From: an uncultured bacterium
Lineage (GTDB): Bacteria; Verrucomicrobiota; Lentisphaeria; Victivallales; Victivallaceae
NCBI GenBank assembly: GCA_949297015.1
Contig: CASFRF010000050.1
Coordinates: 903-64,902, forward strand
DNA length: 64,000 nt
Direction of reading: 5' to 3'
In this document: positions 60,601 through 64,000 of the stretch, piece after piece
Position numbering within the stretch: position 1 is the stretch's first letter
How the letters are laid out: every line of letters begins with the position of its first letter
The notes under the pieces: model-generated
The model's input: the letters and a program-made list of their open reading frames with translations, nothing else
Databases searched by the model: none
What the model was told of the DNA's origin: nothing
Position numbers and translations under genes: made by a program

Positions 60601-62788
60601 GTGGGATACGCCGCTGGGGCGCCACTTGTACCCCTTCCGTCCGGCGCTGTTCAAGGGGCATGCGGGCGACAACTTCGCATGGAGCGACGCCAACGGCGAC
60701 GGCTTGATGCAGCCGGAGGAGGTCACCTTTGCCGCCACCGCGCCGCGCGGCGACGCGTTTCAGCCCGGGCGGCAGAACGAGTGGATCACGCAGTGGGGCG
60801 TGGGCGTGGCGGCGGATGGGGCGGTCTTCTTCTCCGGCGGCTGCCGCGATCAGGATGTGATTTACGAGGTGAAGCCGCGGGCGTGGACGCAGTACGGACC
60901 GGTGTACGACATCCGCGACGCCCGGGAGTTTTTCCGGTACGACGTCTACTCCACCTCGGGGCTGTTTGTCGATTCGCAGGACCGGGTCATCGTGGCCGCG
61001 CCGCTGGAAAGTCAGATCCAGTGGCCCGACGACGGCAGGGCCCGCAACGCGCTGATGGCGATCGATCGTCAGGGGCGCGTAGTCTGGGAACAGGCCGCGG
61101 TCTGGGAGCTCAGCGACCGCAATTTGTCCGCCAGCCGGGTGGCCGGGGAGTTCACGGTCAAGGGCATCGGACCGGTGCTCGGGACCTGGAGCTGGTGGTG
61201 GACCTTCAAGGGCTTTCTGGTCAGCGGGGACGGTCTGCACTTCGCCACTTTGCTAGAGGACACCAAGCTGGGGCCGCTGGCGGCGTGGAGCGAGAGCGCC
61301 AACTATTACTTCCAGAAACCCGACGGCAGCGCCTACATCGTCAACGGCGCCAATCAGGCGCTGCATGTGATCCGGATTGAAGGGCTGGCGGGGGCGCAGC
61401 GCTTCACGGCGCCGCTGACGATCTCCCCGGAGGAGGTCTCCCGGGCGGAGCGGGCGCAGCAGGTGGTCCGGAAGGAGCCGCCGCGACCGGTGCTTTACGC
61501 GCCCTGGCTGACCGGCGAACCGAAGCTCGACGGCGAACTTGACGAGTACCCCATCTTCAACCGTCTGGACGACGGCCGCGGCCACCGGGCGGAGATCGCG
61601 CTGGCGGTGGACGGCGAGCACCTCCACGTCGCGGCCCGGGTGCAGGACCCGACCCCGCTGGTGAACGCGGGCAACGACTACCGGACGCTGTTCCTGACCG
61701 GCGACGTGGTGGATGTGATGCTGGGGTTGGATCCCGCTGCGGCGGCGGGCCGCCGCGAGGCGACCTTCGGCGACGTCCGGATTTCGTTGAGCGTCATGAA
61801 CGGTCAGCCGATCTGCGTGCTGACCGTGCCCCGGCTGCGGGAGGGGAGCGACCGGGTTGAGCAGCTGATGGCGGCCCGGTTCGACCGGATTGCGGTGCTG
61901 GAAGAGGCGCGGATCGCCCTGCGGCGGCAGCGTGACTCCTACACGCTGGAGGCGGCGATTCCGTGGCGTGAACTGGGGCTCGACGCGCCTCCGCGGGAGG
62001 TCCTTTCCGGCGACGTCGGGGTGGTCTTTTCGGACAACTCCGGCGGTCGCGAAAAACGCTTCTATTTCTACAACGCCAAAACCGCCATGGTCGCCGATCT
62101 GACCACCGAGGCGACGTTGCAACCGGCGGAGTGGGGGGCGGTCTATCCGGCCCTGGGCCCCAATCTGCTGTGCGACGGTTCCTTTGAGGAGGCGGCCATT
62201 CCGGCTGCGGCGGAGGCCGCCTGGCCGACCGACGGGCGCGGCGAAAACAACGCGGTGCTGGAGCTGGAAAAGGAGTTTGCGGCGTCCGGGCGTCAGGCGT
62301 TGCGCCTGACGCTGCGCCGCCCCACCACCATGAGCGATGCGGGACGGCAGGCTCCGGTCTGGGAGGATTTTTTGAAGTCCGCCAACGACGGGAAGGGGGG
62401 CGAACACGCGGTGGTGGAACAGCACGGCATTCCGGTGAAGTCCGACACCGAGTACTGGTCGCGCTTCTTCTTCCGCGGGGAGAATCTGCGCATGGAGCAC
62501 CGGGGCGCGAACTCCAATCGCGGACACGCCTCGGTGATGGTGTCGATCATGTGGCAGGACGCGAACCGCCGGAACTTGAAGTACGAGCCGATCGCCAAGC
62601 TCGATTTCGACCGCGACCAGTGGACGGTGATCAACAACATCCAGTTCAACAGCGAACACGACGTGGCCAAACCGCTGCGCTCGCCGGAGGGGGCGGCCTA
62701 CGCGATTTTCGGGATCCGTTACAACGCCTGCATTCCGGACGTTACGCCGACGGTCTGGCTGGACAATCTGGAGCTGGTGGAGAAGTGA
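57614..62788 (+). CDS. giant secreted protein (1724 aa), paralog of the 51381 gene
   Basis: Signal peptide MRKIHSLIALLALGVGVGAAQ. ARIDGQLEEW and EPKLDGELDEYP modules. FWDGKDQYGKVVPAGTYELRG (FlgD-Ig-like). AGNLYVSDWGKSFQVKKFDRNGKFLLAIGRPGGRPWLGKFDRDGMLLPRGIAVKNDGELIVVEE aligns residue-by-residue with AGQFYVSLWGDRQCIEVYDAQGRAVRTIGKPGGRNWVGRFEEEGMLFPQQMALDRNGELWVTEN of the first giant protein. Confidence 0.7.
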   Translation: MRKIHSLIALLALGVGVGAAQLNEVTIRPVPYAARPPSLRGEMKEYAAASGFRATPLAAGEAGLVHGGARTGFDFPAEATYTEVSFYFDRDQLYLALDWNDPTPACNDTPLERPENWHSGDGFQFSLAGPAGVTELVAFPVEKGRKLAVFRRRGTRFEPLSGLKTAIHLRSDGSGWNCELVLPWAVLGLPGAPEQALEIGWTFAWSGLGLPVLNQLTEAELRETCHTSLSLVAQEQKFRINNHLQQPGDWGTVRFGEAADQVLETSRGHNYTAVGCPAGSARIDGQLEEWPESAFKAFSSFGPLTDDLFSGAFALRFDAENLYLALRMRSEAGRPINFATQESCAGYGGGDCFQVRLAAPNGFSTSFCAWYDSKNRRPALTVDGKEYPTPFLLEAGAELAFTGEPQQNRYLMELKVPWKALLNGRARPPQAGEEWCFTLQPWWRMSSRFAYVSRLECQSLPPLSFSYRMPADGQLALGIFNARGELLRQLVKMEFRPRGPNTEFWDGKDQYGKVVPAGTYELRGIVTDAVHGVYEFTLGNPGNPPWPTGDGKGDYISDQANLQSVVTDGEKFFIAAPGAEKGFGIAAFDGRGNRLWGLNEAIGGRSVALALCRDKLYALYSGPSPTDNSMVYNGKNAVGKNWLVCLDKNTGQRLDFSRREPMTEIASYPYREEVTPLWELIAGRNFSLRRYAGQPRYFDADMGESTAGVGLAAQPERLIVADIYQNRLELYEPQSARRIGEFPLPQPGGLHALNEHEILAVSGRKVVKIDFRTNAVTPVIDSGLEAPAYVTSDRAGNLYVSDWGKSFQVKKFDRNGKFLLAIGRPGGRPWLGKFDRDGMLLPRGIAVKNDGELIVVEEDPLPKRVSFWDAASGRFRRDWIGPTPYGGGTFFWVDQDDPAIMHAMGTRFKVDWENGGRSEVLATEMRRLAADQLVPNGHSCMGYAPRVLRRDGREWVAIYTRRTLMILRREGDRYVPAAALGGLHRWTTDDGTREYVWDTPLGRHLYPFRPALFKGHAGDNFAWSDANGDGLMQPEEVTFAATAPRGDAFQPGRQNEWITQWGVGVAADGAVFFSGGCRDQDVIYEVKPRAWTQYGPVYDIRDAREFFRYDVYSTSGLFVDSQDRVIVAAPLESQIQWPDDGRARNALMAIDRQGRVVWEQAAVWELSDRNLSASRVAGEFTVKGIGPVLGTWSWWWTFKGFLVSGDGLHFATLLEDTKLGPLAAWSESANYYFQKPDGSAYIVNGANQALHVIRIEGLAGAQRFTAPLTISPEEVSRAERAQQVVRKEPPRPVLYAPWLTGEPKLDGELDEYPIFNRLDDGRGHRAEIALAVDGEHLHVAARVQDPTPLVNAGNDYRTLFLTGDVVDVMLGLDPAAAAGRREATFGDVRISLSVMNGQPICVLTVPRLREGSDRVEQLMAARFDRIAVLEEARIALRRQRDSYTLEAAIPWRELGLDAPPREVLSGDVGVVFSDNSGGREKRFYFYNAKTAMVADLTTEATLQPAEWGAVYPALGPNLLCDGSFEEAAIPAAAEAAWPTDGRGENNAVLELEKEFAASGRQALRLTLRRPTTMSDAGRQAPVWEDFLKSANDGKGGEHAVVEQHGIPVKSDTEYWSRFFFRGENLRMEHRGANSNRGHASVMVSIMWQDANRRNLKYEPIAKLDFDRDQWTVINNIQFNSEHDVAKPLRSPEGAAYAIFGIRYNACIPDVTPTVWLDNLELVEK

Positions 62789-62793
62789 CCGCC

Positions 62794-62826
62794 CCCGGGC
62801 GGCGCGGGGGAGGGGGCGCCGCCGGG
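62794..62826. terminator. GC-rich hairpin between convergent genes (possible bidirectional terminator/stabiliser)
   Basis: CCCGGGCGGCG (62794..62804) pairs with CGCCGCCGGG (62817..62826), 10 bp with one bulged G and a 12-nt loop. It fills the 40-nt gap between the stop of the giant gene (62788) and the stop of the RT gene (62829). No U-tract, so a terminator function is uncertain. Confidence 0.3.
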
Positions 62827-62828
62827 AT

Positions 62829-63782
62829 TCAGCCGCAACCGGGTTTCGGGGGACGGCCGCGGGCGGCTTCGCGGCGGAGCAGTTCCCGGCCCGCCGCCAG
62901 GCACGGATCGTCGGTGACTCCGGCCGCGAAATTGAGCGTTCCGAGCAGGTTGTGGAGATCCCCGTGGAATCGCCACCGGGCATCGCTCCAGCCGAACTTG
63001 GCGATGTAGTGCAGCCGCAGCCGGAGCAGTCGCCGCTGTTCCCGGGGCAGGTTGACCTGCTGATTGACGACCAGTCCGGTCACGATCTGACGCCGTCCGG
63101 AGCCCTGGACCCGGATCTTGTCCCGGTTCAGTCGCAATCCCAGGCGGCCGACCGCCTGGGCGCTGTGATGAATCAGCTCGGGAATCAGGGCTCTGGGGAG
63201 CTCTCCGGAGAAGGTCAGATCGTCGGCGTAGCGGGAGTAGTTGAGCCCGTGCTGCGCCGCCCACGCGGCGAGCTCCTCGTCCACCGGATACAGGATCAGG
63301 TTGGAGAGTTTGGGGCTGGTCGGCGCCCCCTGCGGCAGGTGGTTCCGCCGACAGCACAGATGGGCCAGCAGCGCGGCGACCGGCGGTTCGCAGCCCGCCA
63401 GTCGGAACAGCGGGTAGACCCGGTCGATCCGGAGCGAGGGGAAGAAGTTCCGGAGGTCGAGACCCACCACTCTGGGCTGCCGCACATGGAGTCGGGCATG
63501 TTCCCGGATGCTCCGGCCCGGCTCGAACGCCGTCGCCGCCGGATGGGAGTCCAGGTGGCTCAGAAAGCGGTTCAGCAGCCGTCGCTGGAGGAGTTTGAGC
63601 ACCGGCACCGGCGCCTCGATGGTCCGCACGCCGCCGTTCCGCTTGGGGATGGTGCCGACCCGGTAGAACTCCGCGCTGTGATTGGCGATCCGGTACAGCA
63701 GCCCGGGCGGGCACTGGACCAGTTCGGCCAGCTCTCCGACCGAGCGGAGGAGCGGCAACGATTCCGGGATGATGAGACTCAT
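62829..63782 (-). CDS. retron-type reverse transcriptase
   Basis: All RT blocks in the retron flavour: YRVGTIPKRNGGVRTIEAPVPVLKLLQRRLL, HPAATAFEPGRSIREHARLH, VVGLDLRNFFPSL, LPQGAPTSPKLSNL, YSRYADDLTFSG (YxDD box), LGLRLNRDKIRV, and the retron-specific VTGLVVN motif after the palm. 317 aa with no fused effector, endonuclease or maturase domain. Confidence 0.85.
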   Translation of the reverse strand: MSLIIPESLPLLRSVGELAELVQCPPGLLYRIANHSAEFYRVGTIPKRNGGVRTIEAPVPVLKLLQRRLLNRFLSHLDSHPAATAFEPGRSIREHARLHVRQPRVVGLDLRNFFPSLRIDRVYPLFRLAGCEPPVAALLAHLCCRRNHLPQGAPTSPKLSNLILYPVDEELAAWAAQHGLNYSRYADDLTFSGELPRALIPELIHHSAQAVGRLGLRLNRDKIRVQGSGRRQIVTGLVVNQQVNLPREQRRLLRLRLHYIAKFGWSDARWRFHGDLHNLLGTLNFAAGVTDDPCLAAGRELLRREAARGRPPKPGCG

Positions 63783-64000
63783 GACGATTCCGGGATTTCC
63801 CTGATTTCAGAATAAAGGACAACTGCAGCCGCGACATTACCACTTATCTCTCCCGCAACGCAGGGCGGATGGCGGGCGCCCGTGGCGGACGATGCCGCCG
63901 TGCGACCGATCCGCAGCCGGACTTTTTTACGCCCGGCGTAAGGATGTCCGGCGAGGACGCGGTCACCCGGCGGCGCGGCCGACCGCGCGCTCCGGCGCCG
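63783..64000 (-). ncRNA. candidate retron msr/msd non-coding RNA region (partial, cut by the window edge)
   Basis: At least 218 nt directly upstream of the RT, in a genome where other gaps are mostly under 150 nt. All frames translate to Arg/Ala/Pro-rich low-complexity strings. Contains strong local hairpins (63917..63951; CGCGGTC/GACCGCG near 63958..63987). Retron ncRNAs normally sit immediately 5' of the RT. No a1/a2 repeat pair could be identified inside the visible part. Confidence 0.35.
63917..63951 (-). other. 35-nt two-tier hairpin inside the candidate ncRNA region
   Basis: Plus-strand reading: CCGGAC-TTTT-TTACGCC-C-GGCGTAA-GGAT-GTCCGG. This gives a 6-bp outer stem, a symmetric 4x4 internal loop and a 7-bp inner stem. 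Neither strand has a U-tract downstream of the stem, so it is not a canonical terminator. Confidence 0.5.

Noticed and set aside
57476-61240. 1254-aa minus-strand ORF antisense to the second giant secreted-protein gene.
   Set aside because: Same reasoning. The plus-strand frame aligns convincingly with its paralog at 51381..56015, while the antisense frame has no features.
62719-63843. 374-aa alternative-frame ORF over the retron RT gene.
   Set aside because: It is a Pro/Arg/Gly-rich translation without motifs. The overlapping 62829..63782 frame contains every RT block.
63779-64000. A minus-strand reading frame is open from the window edge to a TGA that overlaps the RT ATG (ATGA), which could be the 3' end of an upstream, translationally coupled effector gene.
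   Set aside because: Not adopted as a CDS. The 73 codons translate to RRRSARSAAPPGDRVLAGHPYAGRKKVRLRIGRTAASS..., which is low-complexity and Arg-rich. GC3 collapses over the last ~25 codons. An open frame of this length is not unusual by chance in such GC-rich DNA, and a GGAA RBS-like element precedes the RT ATG. It cannot be excluded without sequence beyond 64000.
1-64000. Scan for CRISPR repeats, tRNA/rRNA genes, IS elements, integrases, prophage genes and long direct or tandem repeats.
   Set aside because: None recognised by eye. The intergenic gaps are too short (mostly under 150 nt) to hold tRNAs or arrays, and no transposase or integrase-like translation appears in the ORF track. A computational scan (tRNAscan-SE, CRISPR finders, ISfinder) would be needed to make this formal.

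Overview
High-GC, almost gap-free bacterial chromosome segment with about 48 protein-coding genes. I found no rRNA, tRNA, CRISPR array, transposase or prophage genes. Two pilin-leader/DUF1559-like proteins, a Minf_1886-like protein, giant secreted proteins with CBM9-like modules and GntR regulators in front of them suggest the PVC superphylum (Kiritimatiellota/Lentisphaerota/Verrucomicrobiota-like); this is inference, not a search result. Layout: (1) nt 1-17465 is a lipid biosynthetic cluster of the aryl-polyene (APE)/flexirubin type. It has a ketoreductase, two hotdog dehydratase units, two KS plus two Cys-less KS partners, a carrier protein, an ANL ligase, a 4HBT thioesterase, an LPLAT acyltransferase, GT2-DUF2062, a LolA-like protein and an MMPL exporter. 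It also carries a SPASM radical SAM enzyme fused to a hotdog domain, a B12-binding radical SAM enzyme, a CrtI-like flavoenzyme and a stand-alone condensation-like HxxxDG enzyme; its left border is cut by the window. This is my best candidate for an undescribed system. (2) nt 17482-30458 is mostly housekeeping: YeiH-like transporter, heptose-1-P adenylyltransferase-like protein, dCMP deaminase, two MsbA-like ABC exporters, HrpB, GH36-like alpha-galactosidase, RecX, acyl-CoA synthetase. (3) nt 30473-40217 and nt 50151-62788 are two loci with the same recurring module (GntR regulator, pilin-leader DUF1559-like protein, giant secreted protein); the two largest proteins (1544 and 1724 aa) are clear paralogs. 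(4) nt 40222-49912 holds a four-gene membrane/secreted operon of unknown function behind dnaG, a TPR lipoprotein, and a xylulokinase translationally coupled to znuACB. (5) nt 62829-64000 holds a retron-type reverse transcriptase. At least 218 nt of structured, apparently non-coding DNA lie upstream of it (candidate msr/msd), truncated by the window edge, and no effector gene is visible inside the window. Several sigma70-like promoters (TTGaca / 16-17 nt / TAnnnT) can be read in the few intergenic gaps, some so close to the ATG that leaderless mRNAs are implied. All family calls come from motifs I can read in the translations plus gene context; no database search was run.
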